DNA of 64,000 nt from a virus (IMGVR_UViG_3300037104_000756:34163-98162); one strand, 5' to 3'; positions 1-11,046 are shown, counted from the first letter of the stretch. Numbers and translations are program-made. Notes: a model not told the origin generated them from the sequence alone.

Positions 1-201
1 CGTATGAATTGACGGGGCTGCTGCCCGCAAAGGCGTGCGTCGCTAACGCGCTGGTGAAATACCCCGCTGATGAGGTTAAAGAAGCCTTGCGGGAATACAC
101 TGACGACCTGCCCGGAAAAGATGCAAAATCAGATATGCGTGCATTTTGGTCGGAAGGTGGGGCTGAAGCGATTATCTTAGCCCGCCGAAGGAGAGCTACC
201 C

Positions 202-525
202 ATGCCAGTTAAAATTGTGAAAGTGCGAGTAGGACCGAAGCGTCTTCACCCTAATGTGGTCTATATCGGCAGGTCATTCGGCGGTTGGTCGGCGTCACCA
301 TTTTATAGTCCGTTTCAGATCAATAAAGATGGCACGCGCGCCGAAGTGATTGAGAAATTCGCCGCATATTGGTACGCACCAGAACAGGCAGAGCTACGTG
401 CAAAAGCGTTGCAAGTAATCTGGTCTGATGATACACTTGGTTGCTGGTGTAAACCCCTCGATTGTCATGGAGACATCATCGCGGGATATGTTAACTGGAA
501 GAAGGGGCCAACTCTATGGCTTTAG
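202..525 (+). CDS. DUF4326-like protein
   Basis: VYIGR...SPF...GTRxEVIxKF...LGCWCKPLDCHGDII pattern typical of DUF4326. Confidence 0.85.
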   Translation: MPVKIVKVRVGPKRLHPNVVYIGRSFGGWSASPFYSPFQINKDGTRAEVIEKFAAYWYAPEQAELRAKALQVIWSDDTLGCWCKPLDCHGDIIAGYVNWKKGPTLWL

Positions 526-794
526 AAGCGGCGGTTGCGTATACGTTTCCTGAAGAACGTGGCGTCTGTGGTTTCTGCGGAGACGCGGAGGGTGGGTACG
601 CTAAACGCAAAGACGGGCAATGGCAAGCGGCATGTTGGAAGTGTGTTAAGCCTGAGACCGCAGGAGCGACTCAATCGAAACGTAAATTGGTCGGCACGAT
701 ATACACCGACGTTGACGCGGACGTGGTTGAACCGGCAACAAAGAAAAAGAATCCTGGGATGGCACCGAGCACGAATCGACCGAGGACAGCATGA
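516..794 (+). CDS. Hypothetical protein with two CxxC motifs
   Basis: CGFC...CWKC; overlaps both neighbours, so probably translationally coupled. Confidence 0.6.
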   Translation: MALEAAVAYTFPEERGVCGFCGDAEGGYAKRKDGQWQAACWKCVKPETAGATQSKRKLVGTIYTDVDADVVEPATKKKNPGMAPSTNRPRTA

Positions 795-1453
795 AGATCA
801 TCGAACCTAGTTTTGAAATTCTGGATTTGACATGCAGAGAAGACGGTGTTAAACTACTTCGTCGGGTTGAATACCTTGCGAGAATCTCCCATCGCAGCGA
901 AGACAAGCAAACAGAGGACTCATGGCAGAGGTTTGTTACGGCGGTTGTCTTGCAACATGGTGATTGGTCTGTAGTGGAACATTGTATCGTCACCGTGGTG
1001 GCTCGCGTCGACCGAGGAGTTACTCATGAGTGGGTCCGAGATCGGATCGGAAGCTACACCCAAGAGTCGACAAGGTTCGTGAATCACGGAAATAAAGATA
1101 TTGAATTCATCAAGCCGTCTTTTGCGGGAGATGATCCTGTTGCGGCGAGCGCGGCATGGAACGCGGAGATGTGGAGAGCAGAGCAAGCGTATAGAGAACA
1201 GCTTGAGATGGGACAGTCACCTCAGATAGCACGTTCTGTGTTGCCGAATGCGACGGCTTCGACGATTGCCGTGACGTATAATTTACGGCAATGGAGAAAA
1301 TTTTTCATGAGTCGAGTTTGTAGGGAGGTTCACCCAGATTTTAGACGGACGACGATTCCACTCCTACAAAAATTTAAGGAGTTGATTCCGATTCTGTACA
1401 GCGATATAATACCAGAAGAAAAACAAAGCATCTCATTTTCGAGGCCGCGATGA
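791..1453 (+). CDS. thyX: Flavin-dependent thymidylate synthase ThyX family (variant active site)
   Basis: ARISH, HGDWSVVEH, HEWVRDRIGSYTQESTRF, ARSVLP, NLRQW..F..R; SD GAGGA upstream. Confidence 0.9.
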   Translation: MKIIEPSFEILDLTCREDGVKLLRRVEYLARISHRSEDKQTEDSWQRFVTAVVLQHGDWSVVEHCIVTVVARVDRGVTHEWVRDRIGSYTQESTRFVNHGNKDIEFIKPSFAGDDPVAASAAWNAEMWRAEQAYREQLEMGQSPQIARSVLPNATASTIAVTYNLRQWRKFFMSRVCREVHPDFRRTTIPLLQKFKELIPILYSDIIPEEKQSISFSRPR

Positions 1454-1887
1454 CGGGCGCGGAACGTAGCCGCAAATGGCGTCGAGATCATCCTGGGTAC
1501 TACACCATGTATTTGAAACGATACGGGCCTAAATGGCGGGTGAAACTGAAGCAAAAAGGTTTGTGTGTTCGGTGCGGAAAAAGAAAGGTTTTAAAGTGGA
1601 CTACTTGCAGTGAATGTAAAGAATATCACAAGACAGTGTCGCCCACAATTCGAGCGATTCGTAAAGAGGACCGCCCACTGGCATTACGACGATCTAAAAA
1701 GGCCAAGAGGTGTTGTTGTTGCGGCTCTCGGACGCATAACGGTCGGGGATGGCACATTGACCACGATCACAAAACCAAGAAGTTTCGGGGAATTTTGTGT
1801 AACAACTGCAACCTTGGCCTGGGTCACTTTAAAGATAGCGTTCAAAGGTTATCACAGGCAATTAAATATTTGGAGATCATGTCATGA
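1450..1887 (+). CDS. Endonuclease VII-type free-standing homing endonuclease
   Basis: HIDHDHKTKKFRGILCNNCNLGLGHFKD; ATGA overlaps with both thyX and the RNR gene. Confidence 0.9.
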   Translation: MTGAERSRKWRRDHPGYYTMYLKRYGPKWRVKLKQKGLCVRCGKRKVLKWTTCSECKEYHKTVSPTIRAIRKEDRPLALRRSKKAKRCCCCGSRTHNGRGWHIDHDHKTKKFRGILCNNCNLGLGHFKDSVQRLSQAIKYLEIMS

Positions 1888-3539
1888 TTGAACTACCAAA
1901 AGTCACACTAAGTCACTTTGCTCAGACCATCTGTGACCAAAAATATGCTCACACGATGGACGACGGTTCGTTAGAGCATTGGCACAATATCTCCTATCGC
2001 GTCCCGAAACACGTCCTGCGGGCAGTGCGCGCACCGAAGTCTGTAGTGGCGCGGGTGCAGCAACTGGTTGCGCAGAGAAAGTTCATCCCTGGTGGTCGAT
2101 ACCTTGCTGCGACTGGTCGCCTCTTTCATCAAGTGAATAACTGCTTTCTGTTTCGCCCAGAAGATAGTCGTGAAGGTTGGGCTGACTTTATGCATAAGGG
2201 GGTTTTGTCCCTGATGACGGGCGGCGGTAAGGGTGGATTTTATAGCGGAATACGGGAAGAAGGAAAACTGATTCGAAAAACAGGTGGTTTTGCAACAGGT
2301 CCTATTGCTTTGATGCAGATGATGAACGAATCCGGGCGATTTATTATGCAAGGTGGGAGCCGTCGATCTGCAATCTGGGCTGGCTTGAGTTGGTGGCATC
2401 CAGACATCCATAAATTCATTACACTGAAAAACTGGATACCTGAAGTTCGAGCGCTAAAAGCAGCAGATTATAATTTTCCAGCGACGATGGACGGAACAAA
2501 CATCTCTGTGTGTTTGGATGACGATTTTTTTCTGGCGTATGGGGACGAGAAACACTCCAATCACTCTTCAGCGCACTCGGTTTACTGGTCTACGATCCGC
2601 CAGATGCTGAAGACTGGGGAGCCGGGGTTTTCGATTGACTGCGGCAAAAATTCCAAGGAGAACCTACGAAATGCATGCACAGAAGTTACTAGTGCAGATG
2701 ATAGCGATGTCTGTAATCTTGGGTCTATTAATCTGGCGCGTATCGAATCATTGGATGAGATGCGCGAAGTCACAGAATTGGCGAGTGCTTTTCTATTGGC
2801 TGGCACTGTTTACTCTGATGTGCCTTTTGCTGCGGTAGATAAAATTCGGTCCAAGAACCGCAGGCTCGGACTCGGCTTGATGGGGATTCATGAATGGTTG
2901 TTGATGCATGATAAACGCTACGGCGCGGACAGCGATTTGGAAGAGTATTTGAAGATTTACGCTCAGTCGGGATTGATGGTTAACGGGTATGCGGACAAGT
3001 GGGATTTATCTCACCCCATTAAAACCCGCGCCATTGCTCCAGTCGGCACCATCGGCATTATCGGGGAAACTACGACAGGGATTGAACCGATTTTTTGTGC
3101 TGCATATAAACGTCGGTATCTGAAAGGGTCCTCATGGCAGTACCAGTATGTGGTCGACCCCACAGCCAAGCGTCTGTTAGATGCGGGGGTGCCGTCAAAT
3201 TTGATTGAAGACGCGTACTCCTTGGCGGAAGATGTGGAGCGGCGAGTTTCGTTCCAAGCGTGGGTTCAACAGTATGTCGACCATTCCATTTCGTCGACGA
3301 TCAACCTTCCTAAATGGGGATCGCCACTTAACAACGAAGATACCGTGCAATCGTTCGGCAAGATGTTGATCAAATACCTCCCCCGCCTGCGCGGGATTAC
3401 GGTGTACCCTGATGGAGCACGCGACGGTCAACCCCTCAACGCGATGCCTTTATATGAAGCATTGAGGCATGAGGGTGAAATATTCGAAGAGGCTGGAAAC
3501 GCCTGCGATTTGAGCAAGGGTGGGGAGTGCGGAGCATGA
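1884..3539 (+). CDS. nrdJ: Ribonucleotide reductase, compact, probably class II (AdoCbl-dependent)
   Basis: PGGR, NNCFL, RRSA, NISV, GEPG, NACTE (thiyl radical Cys), CNLGSINL, RRLGLG, APVGT..TGIEP, C-terminal Cys pair. No NrdB nearby; the class is inferred. Confidence 0.85.
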   Translation: MIELPKVTLSHFAQTICDQKYAHTMDDGSLEHWHNISYRVPKHVLRAVRAPKSVVARVQQLVAQRKFIPGGRYLAATGRLFHQVNNCFLFRPEDSREGWADFMHKGVLSLMTGGGKGGFYSGIREEGKLIRKTGGFATGPIALMQMMNESGRFIMQGGSRRSAIWAGLSWWHPDIHKFITLKNWIPEVRALKAADYNFPATMDGTNISVCLDDDFFLAYGDEKHSNHSSAHSVYWSTIRQMLKTGEPGFSIDCGKNSKENLRNACTEVTSADDSDVCNLGSINLARIESLDEMREVTELASAFLLAGTVYSDVPFAAVDKIRSKNRRLGLGLMGIHEWLLMHDKRYGADSDLEEYLKIYAQSGLMVNGYADKWDLSHPIKTRAIAPVGTIGIIGETTTGIEPIFCAAYKRRYLKGSSWQYQYVVDPTAKRLLDAGVPSNLIEDAYSLAEDVERRVSFQAWVQQYVDHSISSTINLPKWGSPLNNEDTVQSFGKMLIKYLPRLRGITVYPDGARDGQPLNAMPLYEALRHEGEIFEEAGNACDLSKGGECGA

Positions 3540-4162
3540 TACCAATCAATGGAGATGAAGCACTACATCTCGTTAACCAACAAGCTACGGAGATGGCTGC
3601 CGTGGAAGATAAATTCGAACGAGGTTATGCTCACCTGGGGTGGCTGTTGTTGGAAGTGGCGCAAATGCAGTATTGGCGCGTGCGGTATACCACGTTTCGA
3701 GAGTACCTCCGCAGTGTGTCGCTGATTTCAAAGAAGACGCCCGGACAACTTCACCGATACTTCCTAACGGTGCGCGACCTGAGCGACACATTCGAGCCCT
3801 CTCAACTAGAATTGATGGGAATCACCAAGGCGATGAAATTACGCGCTGCCAAGGACTACGCTATTGTCCTACCCTCCATCATCGTTACCGCCGCCCTCGA
3901 CCCCGCCGTAACTGTTCGGGAGTTGAAAAAAATCATTTCGGTGACGCTCAAGATGCCCGAGGAAGAAGGGGACTGGATGGACCTAGAATTTGAATTCATG
4001 GTCACCCCAGAGCAACGCGCGCTTATCACACAAGCGCTCGATGTCGCCATGCACACGGACCCGCTGACGAAGTCGACCATTTCGAAGTCGGCGCAGATGC
4101 TCGACGTTATGACGAAGTTCGCCCAAGAATTCCTTGGGGCGCACTCGGGAGATGGGAATTGA
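3538..4162 (+). CDS. Hypothetical protein
   Basis: Long ORF coupled to the RNR stop; no motif recognised; exact start uncertain. Confidence 0.6.
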
Positions 4163-4497
4163 GGGATACAGTCTGGGTTAAATTAAACGACGCAGGCATC
4201 CCAGTGCGTATGTTCAGAAACCGCAAGTCCGCACATGCTTCTGGGGTTGAGCGGAACGCTGAGTGGGTGCGATCCGAAGCGGTTTCCTCGATTCGACATC
4301 AAGTTTTTCTACGGTCTAAAGGATATTGTGAATTTTGTGGGGAGATAATAACGGAGAAAACTGGGCATCTTCACGAACAGACTCATCGCGGCAAAGGTGG
4401 GGAAATCTCGTTGGATAACTCGGTCTTCATTTGTCCAACGTGTCATTGCAGGGCTCACGCTGATAGGAGTGTCAAGTTTTCTCGCAAAAACACTTGA
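4159..4497 (+). CDS. HNH endonuclease
   Basis: CEFCG...HLHE...GGEISLDNSVFICPTCHCRAH. Confidence 0.8.
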   Translation: MRDTVWVKLNDAGIPVRMFRNRKSAHASGVERNAEWVRSEAVSSIRHQVFLRSKGYCEFCGEIITEKTGHLHEQTHRGKGGEISLDNSVFICPTCHCRAHADRSVKFSRKNT

Positions 4498-4605
4498 CAT
4501 TTTGGAATTGTTTTGGCATCATGATGGCTAATCCGAATAGCAACGACGAGGGGTGGCGAGTCGTATGAGCAACGGTTCGCCACCTCAAATAAATAGGAGG
4601 TTATT

Positions 4606-5025
4606 ATGGGACGATCAGTGAGCGCAGTAGCAGCCCGAGCGGTCAAGAATAGTGAGAAGGGCAGCAAGCCTGCGAAAAGAACTGGCGAGGAGAGATTGTC
4701 CGCCATTCGTAGCAGCGTTCCTGCAAAGCTTCACGTTCCTATCGGAGAGGTTGGATTTTTGCTGGAGTTGCATGATGCGCTGGTGGTGTTCATAAAAGAT
4801 GTGGTGAATCCCGCGCTCGAACAGACGCGCCACGAGCGAGACGCCTTCGCTCATCAGTTGTTTGAGTCACAATCAGACTTCTCTACCTTTCGATGTGTCT
4901 CCCTCACGAAAATTGATGAACTCGCCGCGTCACATGCAATTGCGCTGCAGTCCGCTAATCAGGAGATCGACACCCTCAAGGCGCAGCTTGCAGGGTCCGG
5001 GGATGGTCCGAATGCTGAAGGATAA
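4606..5025 (+). CDS. Hypothetical coiled-coil protein
   Basis: Strong SD (TAGGAGG); helical C-terminus. Confidence 0.6.
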   Translation: MGRSVSAVAARAVKNSEKGSKPAKRTGEERLSAIRSSVPAKLHVPIGEVGFLLELHDALVVFIKDVVNPALEQTRHERDAFAHQLFESQSDFSTFRCVSLTKIDELAASHAIALQSANQEIDTLKAQLAGSGDGPNAEG

Positions 5026-6169
5026 GGAAGGCAACCGACTGTTCCGAAAAGTTCAGGTGAAAGTAATTTACCCGGACAATATTTTCCCTGCGAAGACGTT
5101 CACGCAGCACGCGGGTCCGCAGCAGGGATTTGGTCCGACCGGGGTGGACGACATTTTGATGAAGATCGCGGACCAGTTGGACACCCTTTACCCGTGGTGG
5201 GATTTCAAGTCCGTGGCGTTGAAGCCAGAAGGTCGCACGCTTCGGTACGTTTTCACTTTTTCTGGATATTGCGCGGGAGCGCCCGCCACAATTACCAATG
5301 AAGGGTTAGACTAACGCGGAGGAGAAAAATGAGCATATTCATCACCGAAGGTCCGAGCGCAGCCGATCCTCTTGATGTAGCTCCAATCACCGTCATAGCT
5401 CCAATCACTGCCTTAGGATTAGGTGGGTACCCTATTCGAATTGTGGCGAACACTTGGCGTTCGCGCGCTGCAGTGTGGTTATTGCGCCGGTATGTTCAGA
5501 GAGTTTTGGAGGCGTCAAATGTCTCACGAACGTTTTGAGATTTGGGAAGAGACGGACTCGGCTTTTCCGCAATGGCCCTGGCGCGCCCAGGTGGTGAACT
5601 ACGTTGCTCGCTTTGCTAGTCGGGAGTCTGCTGAGAGTTTTGTGAAGAGTGTGAAAGAATATCGCGAGCAAAACAAACTCAAGTAAGGTAGAGGGTAATC
5701 GGTCCGCAGGTTAGTGGTCCGCATTTGCAGTCCGCGCAGGTGGTTTCGTACGATTCCCAACAAAGCGTAAAATAGCACGGCCATTTTGCTCCACAAATTT
5801 TGCAGATGTGTGGCTGGCTCCATGGAGTTTCATATACTGGTGGAGTTTTCTTCATCGGAGGTTTGCCAACGCGGTGTTTACCTTCAGGCGGATGTACGAT
5901 TCTTCGAGAGAAGGTTTTTGATGTTGCCAGTATTCGAAGGCTTGGATTTCGAGAACCAGGGTGGTTTCGCGACAATCTCGGCGCAGGTCATTGACAACAA
6001 TTCTGTGGAGTGGGGATGGTTGTCTGTTAGATGCTTCGAGCGCTTCCTGGCACTCAAGAGCACGCTTGCAACGGCGGATAGTCTCTATAGTGATGAGTTC
6101 CCCGTCCGTGAGTTTGACGATCTTCTTTTTCATTGTCTGCTCCTTGGGTGAAAGAATATCAGAAAACAG

Positions 6170-6199
6170 TTGACAACGCAACAGGACCTTTGGTATTCT
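6170..6199 (+). promoter_or_regulatory. sigma70-type promoter for the endolysin (probably leaderless)
   Basis: TTGACA-18-TATTCT with TG extension; ATG at 6206, 6 nt after the -10. Confidence 0.65.
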
Positions 6200-6205
6200 T
6201 TTTTC

Positions 6206-6673
6206 ATGGCTGATTCAACCATCGCGATTGCGGCAACCCTTGTTCACGAAGGTGGGTATGTGAATAATCCTGCCGACCCAGGCGGCGCAACCAATATGGG
6301 GATTACTCAGGCAGATATGCCAGGGCAGGATATGCGCGCACTGACGGTCGCACAAGCCACGACCTATTATTTGGCGCACTACTGGAAATCACTCTACTCC
6401 CAAATTGTCGACCAATCCATCGCCTCAAAACTCTTCGACATGGGCGTCCTGTTCGGTGTCGGGACGGCAGTTAAATGTTTGCAGGGAGTTTTATGTGTCT
6501 CCCAAGACGGTAATTTTGGCCCAGACTCTCTATATCACCTCAACGTGGCGAGCCAATCGGCGACTCTTGGTTCCTATAAAACGGCACTGCTTGCGCATGC
6601 AGGTAGAGTGGCAACATCGAACCCCAAAGAAATTGTGTTTTTGGTGGGATGGCAGAGGAGAATCAATTCGTAA
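6206..6673 (+). CDS. Glycoside hydrolase family 108 endolysin
   Basis: HEGGYVNNPADPGGATNMGIT, YW, DGNFGP, F..GW.RRI. Confidence 0.92.
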   Translation: MADSTIAIAATLVHEGGYVNNPADPGGATNMGITQADMPGQDMRALTVAQATTYYLAHYWKSLYSQIVDQSIASKLFDMGVLFGVGTAVKCLQGVLCVSQDGNFGPDSLYHLNVASQSATLGSYKTALLAHAGRVATSNPKEIVFLVGWQRRINS

Positions 6674-6708
6674 ACAAGACTTTTAATTCAATAAGTGAAG
6701 CACAGATT

Positions 6709-6772
6709 TGAGCCAGTCGGCGGGCGTCAAGGCTCATCATAGGATTGGAGCTAATCAAAGAAATTCGCCGAC
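6709..6772 (+). ncRNA. Putative H-type pseudoknot RNA
   Basis: TGAGCC(6709)/GGCTCA(6731) and GTCGGCGGG(6716)/TTCGCCGAC(6764), with a small hairpin in loop 3; intergenic. Confidence 0.45.
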
Positions 6773-7443
6773 ATACCTTTTTAGAAACGGTGGTGGGTCA
6801 TGTCAGGAACCAGCCACGTCTTTACTTTTAAATGCGCCCAGGGTCACGTCACGCATTGCCTATTTCCCCCAGGAACTCGGATTGATGATCACGATGAAAT
6901 GAAATGTGCCGAGTGTTTGAAAACAAATGATTCTAAGCCCGCTTATGTGGTTTTCGTTCGCTCGCAAACCACAAAGGATAAAACCAATGGCGGACGACGC
7001 TAATCACGCACACAAGTACTACTGCTCGTACTGCACGAAATACATATATGGTGCAACCCCTGAAATTTTGGCTACGTGTTTGAATGTTCACAACTCAGCG
7101 ATTCATCCAGCAGATTGTGCCCGATGGTGCGCCGCCGACATCGTTCGTTCGACACATTATGTCGGTACATCTTATGTGTCCGAGTATCTTACAGTAGGGG
7201 AGTGGGGCACCGCCAAGAACCCTCCTAGCATCACCGCGCGCGACCGCATTATGCTCGCGAAGGGGTTGGTCCGATGGGATTCCTAGCACTCATAGGATGT
7301 TGGATGCTTATCGCTGCGATTGCTGGAGTAGTCGACCGCTGGTATATGAGGAGGGCATCTCACCATGACAATTAGAGATGGTGAAACTGTTTGTGAGCAC
7401 GGAGCCCGCCCATTTGAATGCCCACTGTGCAAAGAGAAACGCA

Positions 7444-8034
7444 ATGCCTCTTGATCTATATTCGGAGGACCACTTTAACCAGAAATCTTGGGAGCGTGTC
7501 GCAAATGCGAAGGCCACCGATTTTGAACCGTGGGCGGAAGCGCGCGAAAGGTACATTGCGGAAAAAGTCGAACCGATGCTGCAGATGTATCGACAAAGCG
7601 ACCACGACTGGTTCAAAGACTTCAATCGTCGCCGGGGTGAATGTATCCATTCCTCGGACTTAATCTACAAACTACAAGGAATTAGTACACATATTTCGGT
7701 GCAGTCTCAGGTAAATTTTCCTGACGATTGGGGGTTGTACTCTTCTGCTCTTGGCCGAGTTCAGTTCCTGACGGGTTTACCAAAAGGCTGGTTGACAGAG
7801 TTTAGCTACGCATTGGTGGACGAACGTGACCTTCCGTTAGAAGAGCGGCGCGGCTGGCGGACAGTGTTGGTCTACTGCCTTATGAAAGGTGCGATCACCT
7901 GGGAACAGGTGCTGGTTGAATTCGGCGAACCCAACGATGCTTGGAATGAAGCCCGCTGGTGTGAAGTGACGGCGGACTTTCGGCACGGTGGTGAGGGTAT
8001 TATCCATAGGAACATAGCAAATGTCATAGAGTAA
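7444..8034 (+). CDS. Hypothetical protein
   Basis: About 196 aa, Trp-rich; start at MPLDL is inferred. Confidence 0.6.
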   Translation: MPLDLYSEDHFNQKSWERVANAKATDFEPWAEARERYIAEKVEPMLQMYRQSDHDWFKDFNRRRGECIHSSDLIYKLQGISTHISVQSQVNFPDDWGLYSSALGRVQFLTGLPKGWLTEFSYALVDERDLPLEERRGWRTVLVYCLMKGAITWEQVLVEFGEPNDAWNEARWCEVTADFRHGGEGIIHRNIANVIE

Positions 8035-8413
8035 GACGGAGCACAAATCATGAGCAGATTCAAGACCTGGGTTATTGTCCAATACTCGATCCATCAGGCA
8101 AACCAACAACTGCGTAGTCGACAGAAGGCGTTGCAAATTATCCCGCCTGACGAAAATCCCTATGAGATTATGAAGGCGTGGAAAACCGAGATGATACGCC
8201 GCTATGGGATTGATGGTATTCAACACTCGGATTGCGCGACCCCCGAGATTCAATCGATTTCTTTGGAGTCTATCTTTCGGCGGGTTAAACGGAGAACCCG
8301 TCGCGTGATTTATGCCATGTTCTTTTAACTGCTGAAAACTTATTACAGGTTTGTGACTATCTCCCCCATCAGTGTGGAGCACCCAGCACTGAGATTTTCG
8401 AGGAGCAAGTTAC

Positions 8414-8914
8414 ATGGCAAATGAACACGACAACAACCGAAGTTCGGCGCTGACGCCTGAAGCGCTGGCTGTCATCAATACCGCAACATCCAAAGCGGTT
8501 CAGGAAGCGGTATCTGCTTTGCTGCAGGGATTGATGCCTGCTTTCAAGGATATGGCTGTTACGCCTGAGAAGTTGCGCGAAGCCAACCGTCCGTACGAAG
8601 ACCCTGCGAAACTAAAGCGGGAACTCCGCGAATCATTGAAATCCAAGCAGGATGAAGCAGAAATTACCCGCATGAATGATGCGCGTAAAGCCGCCTGCCC
8701 TCATCTCGACAAGAATGGACGATCATCCATTAACCTCGTGCATAACCAACCAGACCACCAGCCGCGCGGAATTTGCGTAGTGTGTGGTGACTGGATTCAC
8801 CCGAAGGAATGGCGGATCGGACCGGCTGACGAAAAGAATCCGAGAGGTAAAGCGTATCTGGTCGAGCCGCATAAAGATTATCGCGTCGTCATGCAGATTG
8901 ACAGCATGAGCTAG
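8414..8914 (+). CDS. Hypothetical protein with CPH/CxxC zinc motif
   Basis: SD GAGGAG; helical N-half, CPH...CVVC. Confidence 0.65.
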   Translation: MANEHDNNRSSALTPEALAVINTATSKAVQEAVSALLQGLMPAFKDMAVTPEKLREANRPYEDPAKLKRELRESLKSKQDEAEITRMNDARKAACPHLDKNGRSSINLVHNQPDHQPRGICVVCGDWIHPKEWRIGPADEKNPRGKAYLVEPHKDYRVVMQIDSMS

Positions 8915-8931
8915 CTTTTCTGCGAAAAAAC

Positions 8932-8960
8932 TTGACATCTAAGTCCTCTGGAGCTACGAT
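8932..8960 (+). promoter_or_regulatory. sigma70-type promoter
   Basis: TTGACA-17-TACGAT upstream of 9002. Confidence 0.6.
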
Positions 8961-9001
8961 CAGTCCAGAGGATTTTTTATGTTCAAATCACAGGAGGCTC
9001 T

Positions 9002-9700
9002 ATGAAGAAATTTCTTTTGGCATTGCTGTTTGTATTGATGAGTTTCGCTCCGCTCGCGCACGCGCAAACGCGCCTGTCGGTCGGTCTTGCTGGTGGAAAT
9101 AACGTGGATAACTTGAGCGTAGGACCAGCGGTCGCTATTGAAGTTCCATTCCTGCGGCATTTCGAATTGGATTTGCGCGACACGTTTTCTCCGTACGAGC
9201 GGCACACGGCATTGGGAACCGGGTATGCCAACATCGTCAAGGGCGGCGGCATTATTTGGTTGACTAAAAGTTTTGGAGTTGTGGGAATCGCCGAGTCTTC
9301 GAGCTACGCGGTAACGCAAGTGTCGAAGAGCGCGGTGTACACCAATGCTGGGGCGATCTATCGGACGTTGTTTTTGGGCGCGCCGACACGCTTTGAATTC
9401 GATTATATCCAGCAATCCAACAACGGCATTACGAACGGCATCGAGACCAGCCACTTTCATGGTGGAGAGTTCAGTATCGATACTCGATTCGGATGCGCGA
9501 AGTCTGCATGCTTGCGCGTGCGAGAGCAGTTGGACATCGGTCGCGTGCTCACTCAAGGCAATCCCGCGTGCGATGGCAACGGAATAACCGACCCTCGATT
9601 CTTACCTTGTCCGCGTGGTTCAGCAATCACAGGTGGTGGTTCTGTGTCGCTGATGTTAGAGTTCCCGCGCAGGAAGGTAATCGAAACTACACCATTCTAA
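9002..9700 (+). CDS. Exported protein, possible outer-membrane beta-barrel
   Basis: Sec signal peptide (AHA|Q), alternating amphipathic strands, terminal Phe. Confidence 0.6.
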   Translation: MKKFLLALLFVLMSFAPLAHAQTRLSVGLAGGNNVDNLSVGPAVAIEVPFLRHFELDLRDTFSPYERHTALGTGYANIVKGGGIIWLTKSFGVVGIAESSSYAVTQVSKSAVYTNAGAIYRTLFLGAPTRFEFDYIQQSNNGITNGIETSHFHGGEFSIDTRFGCAKSACLRVREQLDIGRVLTQGNPACDGNGITDPRFLPCPRGSAITGGGSVSLMLEFPRRKVIETTPF

Positions 9701-9705
9701 GTGGA

Positions 9706-9734
9706 GAGGGGTCTGAATAAGACCCCTATTTTTT
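9706..9734 (+). terminator. Intrinsic terminator
   Basis: AGGGGTCT-GAATA-AGACCCCT followed by a T run. Confidence 0.75.
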
Positions 9735-10164
9735 ATGGACAATCCAATTCCAAAATCGAATTTCAACGCCACGCTTCGCGCGTCCATAAAATTACAGCGC
9801 GCGATGCCTTGTTGCGTGCCTCATTGTCCTAACCATCGATTCGTTGATTTCTATGTTTGTAAGATGCATTTTGTGGAACTCATGGACGCTGCATTTTTGC
9901 GGACGGTGGCTTATGGCTAAAACTGGTCGACCACGAAAATCACAGAAGTGTCCAAAGTGTGGGGAAACTGATTTGACTGCCTTTGCATCCAATCGGACGC
10001 GGCGCGGCGGGCGGCAAGTCTATTGTCGAGACTGTGAGCGCATCCGCCGATTTATCAAATCCGTTAGTTTTGACTGAATGAGATGAATTTTGACTGAAAT
10101 GTTTTGGACTCGGCACTCCATAGGTGTAGAGGCTGAATACCCGCCTCCCTGAAGGTAAAATCCA

Positions 10165-11046
10165 ATGGCGACAGGAACACAAAACGAAATCTATTCAAAC
10201 GCGAATTTCCGCCCTGTGCGGGTTCGTGACTCGATCCAGTTCCTGCGCGGGAACGTCGCTCCGTTTGCGCATGAAGGCAGTGAAGCTGGAGTATCCGCTG
10301 TTGTGGCGACCACTGCTAACCCAGGAGCATATCCTAACACCCCGTTCGTTGTGGGCGTGTTCACTGCGTTTAGCGCGCAGTTCGTTCCTGCGAATATTCG
10401 CCCTATCGATTCCGAAATTCTGTTCAACTATCCCGTCACTCCAGATGAGCGCGGCGGCGGGCTCGGCGTCCAGATTCAAACGAATCCGTTTCCTCTCGGC
10501 GCTCCGACGAACTCAGCGGCTGGTAGCGTGGCGGCGGTTCGCGGAGCGATCACCATCGGCGGCGTCTACACAGGCGCGGATGCGGGCTCAGGCACTTCGA
10601 AGACGGACCCGTCCGTTCTGATTGCAACTACCATCTCGGCTGGATACCTCTACGGCGTCCAGGGTAAAATGATTGTTCGCGGTACGCTCAATGCGGGCGG
10701 CAATTACAGCGCGGCTCTTCAAGGGCAACTTGATTTGTCCGCCGCTGTTTTGGTTGGCTCTCCTTTGCAGGCGCTGTGGCTTGACATGGGCGCAACGGCA
10801 TCGGCTAATATCATCTCGATTCCGATACACATCAATGCGATTACCATCACCAACACAACGGCAGCGGTTATCAATTCGGCGCTGTTGTTTATCGGAAATG
10901 CCGCGAACCTGTTTGACGTGACCGATTTGGCGGCAGGCGGACAACATTTCTATCAGCATACTGGCGCAGGTCTCGGCACCATCGGCACCGACTACTTGGT
11001 TGTGGTGGTGAACGGCGTCACGAAACACATCGCGCTGTACGCATAA
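10165..11046 (+). CDS. Putative virion fibre/spike protein A
   Basis: Gly/Ala/Thr-rich beta protein; paralogue of 11094; downstream of an RGACT promoter. Confidence 0.65.
   Translation: MATGTQNEIYSNANFRPVRVRDSIQFLRGNVAPFAHEGSEAGVSAVVATTANPGAYPNTPFVVGVFTAFSAQFVPANIRPIDSEILFNYPVTPDERGGGLGVQIQTNPFPLGAPTNSAAGSVAAVRGAITIGGVYTGADAGSGTSKTDPSVLIATTISAGYLYGVQGKMIVRGTLNAGGNYSAALQGQLDLSAAVLVGSPLQALWLDMGATASANIISIPIHINAITITNTTAAVINSALLFIGNAANLFDVTDLAAGGQHFYQHTGAGLGTIGTDYLVVVVNGVTKHIALYA

Noticed and set aside
1884-3539. Intein or intron in the RNR gene
   Set aside because: Motifs are contiguous in a compact 551 aa; no splice signature seen.
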